From a virus (lineage: Duplodnaviria; Caudoviricetes), in the IMG/VR virus record IMGVR_UViG_3300011989_000010, positions 23,880 to 87,879 of that record: a stretch of 64,000 nucleotides of DNA; one strand, given 5' to 3'. Below, one piece after another: positions 48,201 through 58,034 of the stretch. A program made the position numbers and the translations under genes. Below the pieces are notes generated by a model, which searched no databases, was not told the DNA's origin, and was given only the letters and a program-made list of their open reading frames with translations. The first letter of the stretch is position 1, and every line of letters begins with the position of its first letter.

Positions 48201-50339
48201 AGCAAGTTAGCGAGTGAAACAAGTGCCCGTCAAACCGCTGACAATACTCTTCAGACAAATATTGACAATGAAGTTTCAAATAGAACTGCCTCTGACACTA
48301 CTCTTCAGTCAAATATTAACACTGAAATTTTAGACAGAACTAATGCTGATAATAGGTTAGAAGGCCTTATTACTACTACGGCTAACGAGGTTAAGGGCTA
48401 TGCTGATACAAAGGCTACTGGGGCGATAGAAAGCGCTAAAACATATACTAATTCAGTTCACGACTTAATTAAGGGCGAAATCAATACCGCTAAGGAAAAT
48501 GGCATTAGTGAGGCTAGCGCTTATACCGATAATAGATTTAAAGCCTATGACCACACTTTGCACGATGAGTTGTCTACCCTTAGTGCAAACACAGTAAATC
48601 AGGCGGTTACAACCTCTAATGCTTACACTGATAATAAAGTTAGTGATGCTGATACAAAATCACAAGGGTATGCTTCTGATGCTGAAATAAATTCAAAGAA
48701 TTATGCTGATAGATTAAGGCAGACTTCTAAGGACGAGATTAGTCAGGCTAAAACTAGCTTGAGCCAAATGATTGGCACTGAGACTAGTGAAAGAACTAAA
48801 GCTATCACTGATGTTAACAATAAAGTTGACAAAGAGACAAAGGATAGAACCGCTGCTGATGACCTCATCAACACCAATTTAAAGAATGAAACAAGTGCCC
48901 GTGTAACTGCTGACACTAATCTTCAGTCAACTATTGACAAAGAAGTTTCAAATAGAGCTAAGGCTGACACTACTCTTCAGACAAATATTGACAATGAAGT
49001 TTCATATAGAACTTCCGCTGATACTACTCTTCAGGCAAATATTAACAATGAAGCTTCAGAAAGAAGTAAGGCTGACACTAATCTTCAGTCAAATATTACT
49101 GCTGAGAGTACTGCTAGAGAAAATAATGATAATAGGTTAGAAGGTCTTATTACTACTACGGCTAACCAGGTTAAGGCTTATGCTGATACAAAGGCTTCTG
49201 ATGCATTAGGAAAAGCTAAAGATTATACTGACGCAAAGAACGTTAGTTTGAGTGGCGCAATTAAGACCTATGTTGATAATGAAGTTGGTGACATCACACT
49301 TGTTGGCAATACAACTAAAACTGCTACTGTTAGCGTAAAAGATAAGAAAATTGCTGCTGACGTTAAAATCGCTTCAGGTGATAAGAATAGAATCGTAGCT
49401 AATGCTGATGGCTTATATGTAGGCGATATCAGCGCAGGATATAATGCTCAGACTAACACATTGACTATCAATGGACTTAATGGTCAACCAGTATTAACTC
49501 AGAAACTTAATAGTGCTTCGTTCATTGATAGTATCAATTATGATGAATCTACTCACTATTTAAACATTGTTTATCATACAACTGAAGAAAGCAGTGCCAC
49601 TACTGTAAATGTTAACCTTACAGACCTTATTAAGGACACTAAGGCAGACGAAACATCTAACACACCTATCGAAATTACAGTTTCAGCTACTTCAGAAAAT
49701 GGCGTTTCAGTTAATAAGATTAAGGGTGACGTTAACATCGCTAATAATGTCGCAGGAAATATTCTTAAAACTGTATCCCAAAATGGTAAGGGTGCTTTGT
49801 ATGCAGATGCTTCTAGTATCTTAAATGATATTAGTGCATTAAGTGCAACTACTAAGTCTTTGTCAACTAAAAATGATGGTGATAAGGAAGAAATCAACAA
49901 TATTGAGAGATCTGTTGGTTTGGATGGAGAAGGTAAGTATGTCCCTTCTAACAATCCTTATATTTCAGGTGCAACTTCACTGACTGATGCTGATGATAAA
50001 CTTGCAAATGCGGTATCAAAAGTTGATGAATCAATCAATAGCTTAATGCTAGGTAGTAAGACTTATTCAGTTAATGTGTTCACCGAGAAGGATGATGATA
50101 CTTATGCTTCATTGCTTAAGGCTGACGTTAGATTATCAGTTGCCAAAGGTCAAGACGAGTCTGAATTAACAAGAACTGAAATACCAAACGCAAATAATTA
50201 TGAAGGTAACTTGCTTCAAATTATAAAGGCTAAATCAAACGGTTTACAAATTGAACTTGGAAATAGTATTAATGGCTTGTATTTCGGCGGCTCTATTGAT
50301 TATGGAATGATGGAAGGTGACGATAACATAAACGGCTAA
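45210..50339 (+). CDS. Long tail-fibre-like protein
   Basis: 1709 aa with repeated LxADV(K/R)I and LYV modules, a duplicated ~220-aa block (about 47770-48430 and 48440-49200) and 18-aa RxxADxxLQxNI repeats. Confidence 0.75.
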   Translation: MINRLQFLHKSELFETREKAIEFLDGLRITRPSLFAEPVVVRYGNEKEPNVILAIGATGSGTSQPTLDTSYFIIDAQGIKDDIQEKYNEIEHALAKLAFAVVDTDTLDLEKIETEDSTALKGNVKVPEEVVINGSNITNIIKTNKDGLYSYVNLKFDDKTNTFTFQVNENVNTFSIPVIESGKYDISKEAIVFTFTDGTTTEVDVDDLIDEWTTEEENSETPIVLTKERHTDENTDMDDRNKDHWKDVLKADVRIAPDKEHNILKKTDDGRNLYVQGTADNIFFKDGKNVKEAIEAINTEVSSAYTGNIIFKDYANNGNYNGIAANVDVEYKKETNILVFKRSDNNGQIVSKEFKLNSAAFIDDISYDTVNEKITIRYKDEEGKVHLTDIDLSTLLDDWVTNSDGHNVELNKQIKHGDKDVLTADVKLTAKTNDNYQILEERDNKLYVRGTADNIVYDTEKGETVKSAFERIENELQTESDRSVSAEKALSSSVDTINSTIGSGFTTLKTETITDKFTSLSGKVDNEISERKESDENFKKSIETLTESAETANTNITNLYNGLGDDYIGNNDSHTAENTVTNRLHRLEVSATTADANIKELSSKAANLTSSAETSNAKNLELTNSASTLFEKADALDDKIDAVSGSAHFEVGDTDTVAMSKNADVTSHTVTANVKVSSKEKNTILVDGNNGLYASLDYDANRNVIIISDTNNDTHKREIQLNSVSVIEYMRYDKAREVIVIGYKSNASLSETNTLEIPITDVLSEWETNNNSHSVRLVRTQHSVNGTDELSGDVVLATEGNYTDNLIKLVTTTAYDEEMKGLYVSGDKVNESARGIATEEAKAAADKALVDAKSYTDSVHDTVKSEINTANENGVSEANTYTDNKLERYDHNLHDELSTISASTVNQAVTTASAYTDNKVSGVDTKAQGYASDAEINSKNYADRLRQTSKDEISGLTTSLQQMIISESNERASGITDVSNKVSQETSARTAADDLINSKLASETSARQTADNTLQTNIDNEVSNRTASDTTLQSNINTEILDRTNADNRLEGLITTTANEVKGYADTKATGAIESAKTYTNSVHDLIKGEINTAKENGISEASAYTDNRFKAYDHTLHDELSTLSANTVNQAVTTSNAYTDNKVSDADTKSQGYASDAEINSKNYADRLRQTSKDEISQAKTSLSQMIGTETSERTKAITDVNNKVDKETKDRTAADDLINTNLKNETSARVTADTNLQSTIDKEVSNRAKADTTLQTNIDNEVSYRTSADTTLQANINNEASERSKADTNLQSNITAESTARENNDNRLEGLITTTANQVKAYADTKASDALGKAKDYTDAKNVSLSGAIKTYVDNEVGDITLVGNTTKTATVSVKDKKIAADVKIASGDKNRIVANADGLYVGDISAGYNAQTNTLTINGLNGQPVLTQKLNSASFIDSINYDESTHYLNIVYHTTEESSATTVNVNLTDLIKDTKADETSNTPIEITVSATSENGVSVNKIKGDVNIANNVAGNILKTVSQNGKGALYADASSILNDISALSATTKSLSTKNDGDKEEINNIERSVGLDGEGKYVPSNNPYISGATSLTDADDKLANAVSKVDESINSLMLGSKTYSVNVFTEKDDDTYASLLKADVRLSVAKGQDESELTRTEIPNANNYEGNLLQIIKAKSNGLQIELGNSINGLYFGGSIDYGMMEGDDNING

Positions 50340-50420
50340 TAAAAAATAAATCTTACCAGAAAACTTCTGGTAAGATTTACACTATTTATTAATAATAAGA
50401 GAATATAATTATTAAATATA

Positions 50421-51740
50421 ATGAGACAATTACAACTTAAGAGATTCAACATAATTTTCAAGAATCGTGCGACTGCTTTGGCTAATCTACAGAAGTACGA
50501 GGATAGTTATGCTGATGGTGAGATAATGGCGGCCGCATTCTATAATAGTGATAGCCAAACAGCAGAAAATATAGCCTACATTGTTGGTATTTATGCCAAG
50601 AAGGACGGTAAAAATAAGTTGTTCACCATTGATGTAAAGAGCCTTGAAAAGCAAATCGAAGAAATACAATATTTTATTGACCATACTTTAAAATATGCAG
50701 ATGGTGTAGAATTAGTTACTGCTACAACTTATAGTGATAATACTACTGACAACTATAAGGTTGATATGAAAAATGATGGCAATAAGTTCTTCAGACTTTT
50801 CTTCACACCTGTTTCTAAGGATAATGAGAAGGTTTCAGTAAGTATTGGTGATATTAAAGCAGGTACGACTGCTGCTGAGTTGAAGAGATATACATTATCA
50901 AAATTGATTGATGCGATGTTGTTTAAGACAATTTATCCAACAATCTTAAATGACCCTTATGTTTCTATTTCAGTACCAACTAATTCATCTGAAGTTGAGG
51001 TAGGTACTTCAATTCCCAATGTTGGAGCATTTAAATTGGGGTACACACAAGGTCGTGCACAAGTTTTGATGGAGAGTGGGAACTTGGCAATTACTGCTGA
51101 TACAGGTGGTGAAACTTCAAGGTCAATTACATATAGTTTTAATGGTGGGACTTCGACTAATTTCGGATCATCTTTGAATTTAACAGGTTTTGGACGTTAC
51201 ACTTTCACAGGTACAGTAAATTATGCGCAGGGTAATACTTTACACGATTCAAAGGGTAATAGCGGTAATGAGGTGTTCGCAAATACCGCAGCAACTTCAA
51301 CTACAACACGTGCAAACCCACATCCAGCAGGTAGTGTCGCTGCAACAACTTCAGTTACAACATATTATAAACCAGGCGCAAATAATACTAATATTAATAC
51401 TATCGCTAAATTAAATATGAAAGCTTTCAAGGGCATGACTATTGATTTTAAAACAAAAGAAACAGTAGATGCAAATGGTAAAGTTACTGAAGGTGGTGGC
51501 TATCAGATTTTAGTACCTCACGCTGTTTGGAACGGTAAGAAGGGTAGTATTATGAAATATAATGCAGTTTCTGGCAAATATGATGGTGATGACACTGCGG
51601 ATTGGGAATTGACCCCAAATGGCAAAACATTAACAGATGCTGCAGGTAATACATATGTTTGCGACTTGTTGAAACATAAGAAAGGCTCAACGGGTAACGA
51701 TGGTACAGGCGCTGCACGTGTGGAATTCCAAATTAATTAA
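50421..51740 (+). CDS. Probable tail fibre/virion protein
   Basis: 439 aa, T/G/N-rich beta C-terminus, TATTTAT at 50383-50389. Confidence 0.6.
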   Translation: MRQLQLKRFNIIFKNRATALANLQKYEDSYADGEIMAAAFYNSDSQTAENIAYIVGIYAKKDGKNKLFTIDVKSLEKQIEEIQYFIDHTLKYADGVELVTATTYSDNTTDNYKVDMKNDGNKFFRLFFTPVSKDNEKVSVSIGDIKAGTTAAELKRYTLSKLIDAMLFKTIYPTILNDPYVSISVPTNSSEVEVGTSIPNVGAFKLGYTQGRAQVLMESGNLAITADTGGETSRSITYSFNGGTSTNFGSSLNLTGFGRYTFTGTVNYAQGNTLHDSKGNSGNEVFANTAATSTTTRANPHPAGSVAATTSVTTYYKPGANNTNINTIAKLNMKAFKGMTIDFKTKETVDANGKVTEGGGYQILVPHAVWNGKKGSIMKYNAVSGKYDGDDTADWELTPNGKTLTDAAGNTYVCDLLKHKKGSTGNDGTGAARVEFQIN

Positions 51741-51762
51741 TAAAAGGTAAAAATATAATAAA

Positions 51763-52533
51763 ATGGCAGTATCACAATATATAAAAAACAAGAATAAAGT
51801 TTATTTGGCTCTTGGTTTCAACGTCAACCAAGCAACCCCACTTGATGCAAGACTTGTAGTTACTGAGTATACTGGTTTAACCCAAGCATCACAAGGTGAC
51901 AACGTGTTTTATGATGGTATCGTAGTTTCAGTAGTTGATGACCCTGACTCAACTAAAAATGGTTTGTATCAGTTGATTCATATGCCAGCTAACAACATTA
52001 ACAATTGGCATAAAATAGCAACTGAGGCTGAGATTAAAAGTATTGAAAATACACTTTCAAACGTAAATGTAAATGGTGTTAGAGGTGTTAGAGACGGAAA
52101 TGGAGTAAACGTTACGATTAGTGGCGATTCAATTTATTTGGGCGAGAACTATGATGGTGAATCGAACTCTGAAGCACCATCAACGGGAGATACTATCAAC
52201 AATGCAATCAAGAAGATTGTTAACATAATTGTTGATAATGAAAAGGTTACTGCGGCGAGTGCGAATGACTTGAACGATAAGATTTCTAAACTCTCAGGAG
52301 ACGCTATAACTAATATTTCACTCGATAATTCTAAAACCAAATTAGTTATCACCAAAGATGGTAATAACATTGAAATTCCATTGACTGATTTGGCTAAGAT
52401 TTACACATTCGATACCACAGGCGATGCAGACCACAATGTAAAATTTACTACTAAAACAAACACAAATGGACAAGTAGTTATTCAAGGAAACATAACATCA
52501 CTTGATTGCGGAGAATATGAAGGCCAAAATTGA
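51763..52533 (+). CDS. Probable tail fibre-associated protein
   Basis: PLDARLVV N-terminal motif, IVDNEKVTAASANDLNDK module shared with 12062..14992, C-terminal LDCGEY. Confidence 0.65.
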   Translation: MAVSQYIKNKNKVYLALGFNVNQATPLDARLVVTEYTGLTQASQGDNVFYDGIVVSVVDDPDSTKNGLYQLIHMPANNINNWHKIATEAEIKSIENTLSNVNVNGVRGVRDGNGVNVTISGDSIYLGENYDGESNSEAPSTGDTINNAIKKIVNIIVDNEKVTAASANDLNDKISKLSGDAITNISLDNSKTKLVITKDGNNIEIPLTDLAKIYTFDTTGDADHNVKFTTKTNTNGQVVIQGNITSLDCGEYEGQN

Positions 52534-52541
52534 TTAAGCAC

Positions 52542-52573
52542 AAAAAAAGGTGAGGATTTTCCCCACCTTTTTT
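52542..52573. terminator. Bidirectional terminator
   Basis: AAAAAAAGGTGAGG-attttc-CCCACCTTTTTT between convergent genes. Confidence 0.8.
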
Positions 52574-52577
52574 ATTT

Positions 52578-55500
52578 TTAATCTAAGTTAGTGAATTCTG
52601 ACTTTATATCATCGAACACATATCCACCAGTTGAAGGAACTTTGTCAGGTATTTTCTTAAAGTAGAAGTGCATATCAGAACCCATAGTTACAATACTTGT
52701 AATGGAACTTGGTAGTGCGCCTGTGTCTTCGAAATTTCTGATTTCGCTATCAGAAAGATTGTTAAGAGCGTCCAAGTATTTCTGATTTTCCTCTTGGAAC
52801 AACTGACTGCTTTCAGCCTTAATATCTTCCTTATACTTAGCAACCAAACCATCCCAATCTTGGCCAATTTCCTTAACGAAAGGAGGGGTCTTACCCATTT
52901 TAAGCCAAAACTCAATTTCCTTTCTTTCAGGTGTCATAAGTACATCATACTTATCCTCGTCCTCGTCAGCATAAGGTTCGCCTGATACAAGTTTAGACTG
53001 CTCTTCAGTGAAATACTTTCTATCATTCGGATTTGTGATTAATATTTGGTCACGAATGTCCTTTGAGAATACAACAAGAAGAGGTGTGATTCGCTTATTG
53101 AATTGGTCAATGTATTTTTCAACATTGTATTCAATAGAGCCAAAACCAAGTTCTTCTGCTTGTGAGCAAAGTATATCTTTCTCGCTATCAACTATTTTCT
53201 GAGGAACTAACTTACAATTAAGAATGATTTCATCTTCCTCACGAGTGACATACTTCTTAAGCATTTCTTTCTTTTCCTTTGTTTTAAGGTTCTTATAAAG
53301 AATATTAGCCTTGTCACACTCAGGCTCTAATAGTTGGCGAGTAATCTTTGCGTTAAGCTCAACCTCTTCACCATTCAGTTTAACATACTGATGCGTGATA
53401 CGTTTAACGTCTGAGTCTGATTTTTTAGCACCAGTGTTGATATAATAAATTGAATCGCCCATATGGACATCCATATTGTTCTTAAGTGCCAACTCATACC
53501 AAGCCTGACGAGACTTTTTACTACCTGCCTTTGTAAGAGTTTTTGTATCAGTTACATACTCACTTAATTTTTTCTTAATATTACCCTTAGAAGCAATATC
53601 CTTAATAGGTATTCTATAGTTGTAAATATCGTCAATATAATTGTAATAGTCATTCAAGAACTCGTAACCCTTTTCGTGAAGCAATTGGTCGAGACCCTTT
53701 TCAAGGAACTTCTGCAAGAAACCTGACATCTTTCGAGACTTAATAGTATTACCAACTTTCTTTATCTTTCCATCAGGGAACAAGCAAGCATAGTTCTTAC
53801 GAGCAAAGTTAATGCCTGCGGAAATGATTTCCTCGCAATCAATACCCATCTTAAGAATACCACCGTCAAATCCTTTGGTGAAATATTTCTCCTCAAATTC
53901 AGCCATATCAGCATAAGGGCCAACATACTTTTGGTCTTTCTTTACATTTCGACTAATACCCTTACCGATATAAGGATGTTCTTCAGTATATCTAAATTTA
54001 TCTGGCATCTTAAGGTCGAAACCATCAGTATCACCTACAATTGGTTCATAACCAATATTCTTGCAATAAGAAATCATAAGACGAAGTGACTGACGGCCAA
54101 TACAAGTAACATTTTCTGCTGAATCGCAATCTCCCCAAGGGAACAAGTTAGAAGCACCATAAGAGCCAAAGAATGAGTTACCAATCACCTTCATAGCCAA
54201 CTGCTGACTATCTGCTGACTGTTTGATAGCAAGTTGTTTTTGCAATTTTGCCATCAATTCAGAGGTGTCTTTGCCCTCTTTCTTATACTTTTCAATTAAT
54301 TTCTTAGTAGCCTTTGCCTTACCTCCATATTCACTCTTTCTTGCTTTCAACTTTTCACGTTCTGTAAGAATATGTTCAAGAAGATGAAGCATAATGTTAT
54401 CAATGTCAAGAGGTGACTGAATATTCCAAGTCAATGTGATTGACGGATAAAGTGAGTTGAAGTCATTCTTGCAAAGATTCTTTGAATAACCTGTTTTTAA
54501 TAGTCGTGACAAACCACCAGTGAATCGTCTCTTTGGAACAGTTGCAGGAATTGCTAAACCATTTTCATAGCTCCAAGCTTGCATAATAAGTTTCCAAATA
54601 CCAGCAGTACCCATTGTGCAAACACGAGGGAATGTTGTTGGAAGCATTTTGGCCAAAGCGAAGTTTGAAGCGTTAAGTGCCAACTCTACTTTATCAGCCT
54701 CCCAAATATCATCAAGAAGATAACGTTCTACAATATATTTACCTGATTTAGGCGTGTAGCCATCTTTTAGTGGGTGTTTTTCATCTATTTTATACCATTT
54801 TCCATCTTCATCATTAAAAGCGTAATCTTCAGTTGTAACGTGCCATACAGTTGAAATTTCATTACCTGGTACGTATACACGATTAGGTTTTTTTAAGTCA
54901 AGAAATCGTGTGGCATATTTCAAATTTGCGGACTCAAAATCAGAATTAAGTGCCATTGCACGTCTTACTGCAAAAATTGAGTCTAAGATATTATGACCCC
55001 ACATAATAGTTGGGTAATATGTTTCCATTTCACCACCCAATTTAAGAATAGCCTCTTTCTTACGTTTATAAATTGGATGCTTAAAATACTTCAGTGAAAT
55101 TTCCTCAATGCTTGAACCCAAAATCTTGGCACGTACAATAAAGAAGTTCCAGTCGAATTGCTCAGTATTATGGCCAAAAATAGTGTCAGGTTTCTGCTCA
55201 GCCATTATTCTAATGGACTCGTCAATAGCATTTAACTCACTAATATTTTTCTCTTCTTCGGTCTCTCCCTCAACTGTAATGACACGTTCAAATCCCTTAT
55301 TGGTACGAATACCGATTTGCTCAATTCTATCAACGTTTGGGTCAAGTCCTTGAGTCTCAATATCCCAAGACATACGAGTCAAATCATCGTAGTTGGCATA
55401 TCCTTTAAATAATCGTCTACCTGTAGAAATCATATATTGTTCAACAGGAGAGCAAGTCATAATTTCCTTATCATCAGTTACATCATCAGAATTCTTTTTC

Positions 55501-55904
55501 TTTCTTTCATAGATAGGAGTACCTGCTTCTTGGAAGAACATCAAGAAAGTCTGAAAACTCATTCTTCTTGTTGCCTGATAAAGATACTTGTAGCCATTTT
55601 CAAGCCGTTCGTGAGCAGGCTTGCCATCCTTTGATGTCTTAAGTGCTTTAATGGTTATGCCATACTCTCTAAGTTTACGTTTTAGTGTGCCTCTATTTCC
55701 TTCAAACATACGAATGGCTGCACTATGCTTAACCCACGCAAAAGGCTTAAAAGCATCAAGTTTTAGCCTTTTCTCACCACTCTCGTTAACATATACTATG
55801 CTAACGTTTTCATCTTGGTAGTCGCATTCAATCGTGATAATACGTTCCATAGGGTCATGCCCCATAAGGAAAGTATTTACTACCTCCGAGGTAATTTCTT
55901 TCAT
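52578..55904 (-). CDS. polB: Family B DNA polymerase
   Basis: Exonuclease motifs WDIETQG, GHNTEQFDW and YLLDD. Polymerase motifs DFNSLYPS, KVIGNSFFG and GDTDG. Confidence 0.95.
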   Translation of the reverse strand: MKEITSEVVNTFLMGHDPMERIITIECDYQDENVSIVYVNESGEKRLKLDAFKPFAWVKHSAAIRMFEGNRGTLKRKLREYGITIKALKTSKDGKPAHERLENGYKYLYQATRRMSFQTFLMFFQEAGTPIYERKKKNSDDVTDDKEIMTCSPVEQYMISTGRRLFKGYANYDDLTRMSWDIETQGLDPNVDRIEQIGIRTNKGFERVITVEGETEEEKNISELNAIDESIRIMAEQKPDTIFGHNTEQFDWNFFIVRAKILGSSIEEISLKYFKHPIYKRKKEAILKLGGEMETYYPTIMWGHNILDSIFAVRRAMALNSDFESANLKYATRFLDLKKPNRVYVPGNEISTVWHVTTEDYAFNDEDGKWYKIDEKHPLKDGYTPKSGKYIVERYLLDDIWEADKVELALNASNFALAKMLPTTFPRVCTMGTAGIWKLIMQAWSYENGLAIPATVPKRRFTGGLSRLLKTGYSKNLCKNDFNSLYPSITLTWNIQSPLDIDNIMLHLLEHILTEREKLKARKSEYGGKAKATKKLIEKYKKEGKDTSELMAKLQKQLAIKQSADSQQLAMKVIGNSFFGSYGASNLFPWGDCDSAENVTCIGRQSLRLMISYCKNIGYEPIVGDTDGFDLKMPDKFRYTEEHPYIGKGISRNVKKDQKYVGPYADMAEFEEKYFTKGFDGGILKMGIDCEEIISAGINFARKNYACLFPDGKIKKVGNTIKSRKMSGFLQKFLEKGLDQLLHEKGYEFLNDYYNYIDDIYNYRIPIKDIASKGNIKKKLSEYVTDTKTLTKAGSKKSRQAWYELALKNNMDVHMGDSIYYINTGAKKSDSDVKRITHQYVKLNGEEVELNAKITRQLLEPECDKANILYKNLKTKEKKEMLKKYVTREEDEIILNCKLVPQKIVDSEKDILCSQAEELGFGSIEYNVEKYIDQFNKRITPLLVVFSKDIRDQILITNPNDRKYFTEEQSKLVSGEPYADEDEDKYDVLMTPERKEIEFWLKMGKTPPFVKEIGQDWDGLVAKYKEDIKAESSQLFQEENQKYLDALNNLSDSEIRNFEDTGALPSSITSIVTMGSDMHFYFKKIPDKVPSTGGYVFDDIKSEFTNLD

Positions 55905-55975
55905 TTTGAGTAATTTTAAATTGTTTATTCAACGCAATCTTTAGATGCATTCTGAACATCATTGATTGATTAATA

Positions 55976-56007
55976 CAAATATATATTAAAAACTGTTAAA
56001 AAACAAA
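55976..56007 (-). promoter_or_regulatory. Bacteroidota primary-sigma promoter for the polymerase gene
   Basis: Minus strand TTTG (56004-56007), 20-nt spacer, TATATTTG (55976-55983). Confidence 0.8.
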
Positions 56008-56074
56008 ATGTTTCAATAAAAACTTCTTTTGTGCTATTGATATTTATATAATATATAATAGTTTAGAAAATTTT

Positions 56075-56308
56075 ATGAATAGGATTAAACATATTATAAA
56101 AGAGGAAACAAGGAGATATTTGATGGAGTATGCTGATGTATACAAAGACCAAAACATGGCACAAAAAATGATTAATTATGCTGATGATTTGCAGAATGAC
56201 CTTAATAAGGTTATGACTGATGGCGTTCACAGTAAGCATGATATTGTTTTGCTGAAATGGCAGCAAGTAATTAAGGATTTAAGAACTGTTGCAAAAAGAA
56301 TCAGTTGA
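56075..56308 (+). CDS. Small protein with IKHIIKEE...LME leader
   Basis: 77 aa, TATTTAT at 56041-56047. Confidence 0.65.
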   Translation: MNRIKHIIKEETRRYLMEYADVYKDQNMAQKMINYADDLQNDLNKVMTDGVHSKHDIVLLKWQQVIKDLRTVAKRIS

Positions 56309-56330
56309 TAAAAAAAGAAAAGTTAAAAGT

Positions 56331-57965
56331 ATGATTATACAGAGTAAGTACACAAAGATTTTTCAATCAAAGGATTTAACTCGTCAGAAATATGATGAGT
56401 TATATGACTTTGCTGTGCTTATTCGAAACCATAAAAATATTGTATCACAATACGTCAATGATAATTTATTGCATTTTCTTGACTGCACAAAGTTTCAGTT
56501 CTTAAAAGAAATGATAGTCCATTTCAAAAATGCAATACCAAGTTCTTTTTATGAACAGTTATACAAACAAGTATTCACTTGTTATCAGAACAAATTTGAT
56601 GCAATTAAACGCAAACTTACATTTGATGTAACCACATTTAATGGATTTGAATTCTACAAACGTAATACCAATGATCACAAGAAAGGCGATTTGAAGAAAG
56701 TATTAATTGACAAGAAAAAGACTCCATTGTCAATTTGTCTTACTTATCTTGCAAGATATGGAAGTGAAAACACAATAGATTACATCAAAAGTCACATAGG
56801 AAAGTGCGATGAGAAGAAACGTGAATTCTATAATAACATATTAAGATGTTGTGATAAGTTCGGTTTTGAACGACTGTATAAGCTTGCCTTGTCAAAAAGG
56901 AAACGTATTGCTAAACATTATGCTGAATATCCTATAGAGTTTAAGTCTTTAGCTTTTGGAGGTAGATGCAGGAAGAAAAAAATAATTGATTATAATCATA
57001 GGTTTGGTTCAGTTATCAATTCATTTATAAGTCTTAGTGGATTTAGTAGAAAATCATTTGATATACCTGTAGCGTTTAGCAAAGAATGGCACGGAAATAT
57101 GAATGATTATCGAAAGAAAACTAATGATTATGAATACACCATTACCTTTAACGAAAAGAAACATCGAGTAAACGTTCATTTATGCAAGGACGGTGAAAGG
57201 TACATTCCACAAGTGAATGGAAAGACTATAGGAATTGATGTTAATTGTAAGCACAATTTATTTAGCTTGTCAAATGAAACAACATACGATTATGATAGAA
57301 AATTGGTTAATGATTTCTGCAAGTTATCTCTTAGCATTGATAGGCTGAAAGAACAAAATAAAAAATACAAGATTGGCAAACGCAAGCAATGGAAGCTTGA
57401 CACCTTAAAGTCCAAGATGATTAAATCTGAGCAGCAACTTATTGCCAATATGTGCAAAACATTGCATTCACAGGGTGTTGGTCATATCGTGATGGAAGAC
57501 CTTGATAATGGATTTGGCAAATGCTATGTTAAGGATAAGGGCAATGATGATATTAACTATAATCGTAAGATTAAATTTCTTGGCTTAAGTAGTTTGAAAC
57601 AAGAAGTAGAACATATAGCAAGAAAGTATGACATAGCAGTATCAACAGTGCAGCCAAGCTATACATCAAAAATGTGCACAGTGTGTGGGTGTATTGACGA
57701 TAGAAATAGATCAAGCCAAGAAACGTTTGAATGTGTCAAATGCGGGCATAAAGACAATGCGGACTTTAATGCTGCTAAGAACATAAGAAACAGAGTGCTT
57801 GTAACCGTGTTACGAGATTCGCTCTTAAAACAATTGGATAATGGTGCTTTTGAGCCTAAAAAGCTTAAACGTGAGAAGGTTAAGGAAGTGTTGTTATCGT
57901 TTCGAAGGAACTTGCAGGAAACTGCAAGGAGTGAATGTACAAAAAGTAGGCAATCTACTTTTTAA
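56331..57965 (+). CDS. tnpB: Large TnpB-like RuvC nuclease (about 544 aa)
   Basis: RuvC GIDVN, IVMEDL and NADFNAAKNI are intact. Zinc finger YTSKMCTVCG...CVKCG. The long N-terminal half is unlike the IS605 copy. Likely start MIIQSK at 56331. Confidence 0.88.
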   Translation: MIIQSKYTKIFQSKDLTRQKYDELYDFAVLIRNHKNIVSQYVNDNLLHFLDCTKFQFLKEMIVHFKNAIPSSFYEQLYKQVFTCYQNKFDAIKRKLTFDVTTFNGFEFYKRNTNDHKKGDLKKVLIDKKKTPLSICLTYLARYGSENTIDYIKSHIGKCDEKKREFYNNILRCCDKFGFERLYKLALSKRKRIAKHYAEYPIEFKSLAFGGRCRKKKIIDYNHRFGSVINSFISLSGFSRKSFDIPVAFSKEWHGNMNDYRKKTNDYEYTITFNEKKHRVNVHLCKDGERYIPQVNGKTIGIDVNCKHNLFSLSNETTYDYDRKLVNDFCKLSLSIDRLKEQNKKYKIGKRKQWKLDTLKSKMIKSEQQLIANMCKTLHSQGVGHIVMEDLDNGFGKCYVKDKGNDDINYNRKIKFLGLSSLKQEVEHIARKYDIAVSTVQPSYTSKMCTVCGCIDDRNRSSQETFECVKCGHKDNADFNAAKNIRNRVLVTVLRDSLLKQLDNGAFEPKKLKREKVKEVLLSFRRNLQETARSECTKSRQSTF

Positions 57966-58034
57966 TATGTTTAATTCTTCGAAACGACCCATTAAGATAT
58001 AATATAAGAGGTAGACGTTGGTAGATATAGAAAT
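57897..58034 (+). ncRNA. Structured RNA at the 3' end of the large TnpB (omegaRNA-like scaffold plus putative guide); 5' end may lie further upstream
   Basis: TCGTTTCGAAG (57897-57907) pairs perfectly with CTTCGAAACGA (57977-57987), enclosing CTTGCAG-GAAA-CTGCAAG (57911-57928) and AAAAAGTAG-GCAAT-CTACTTTTT (57941-57963). Confidence 0.65.

Noticed and set aside
52578-55904. Intein or intron in the DNA polymerase
   Set aside because: The gene is long, but no Cys/Ser...His-Asn junction or LAGLIDADG motif is visible and the polymerase motifs are continuous.
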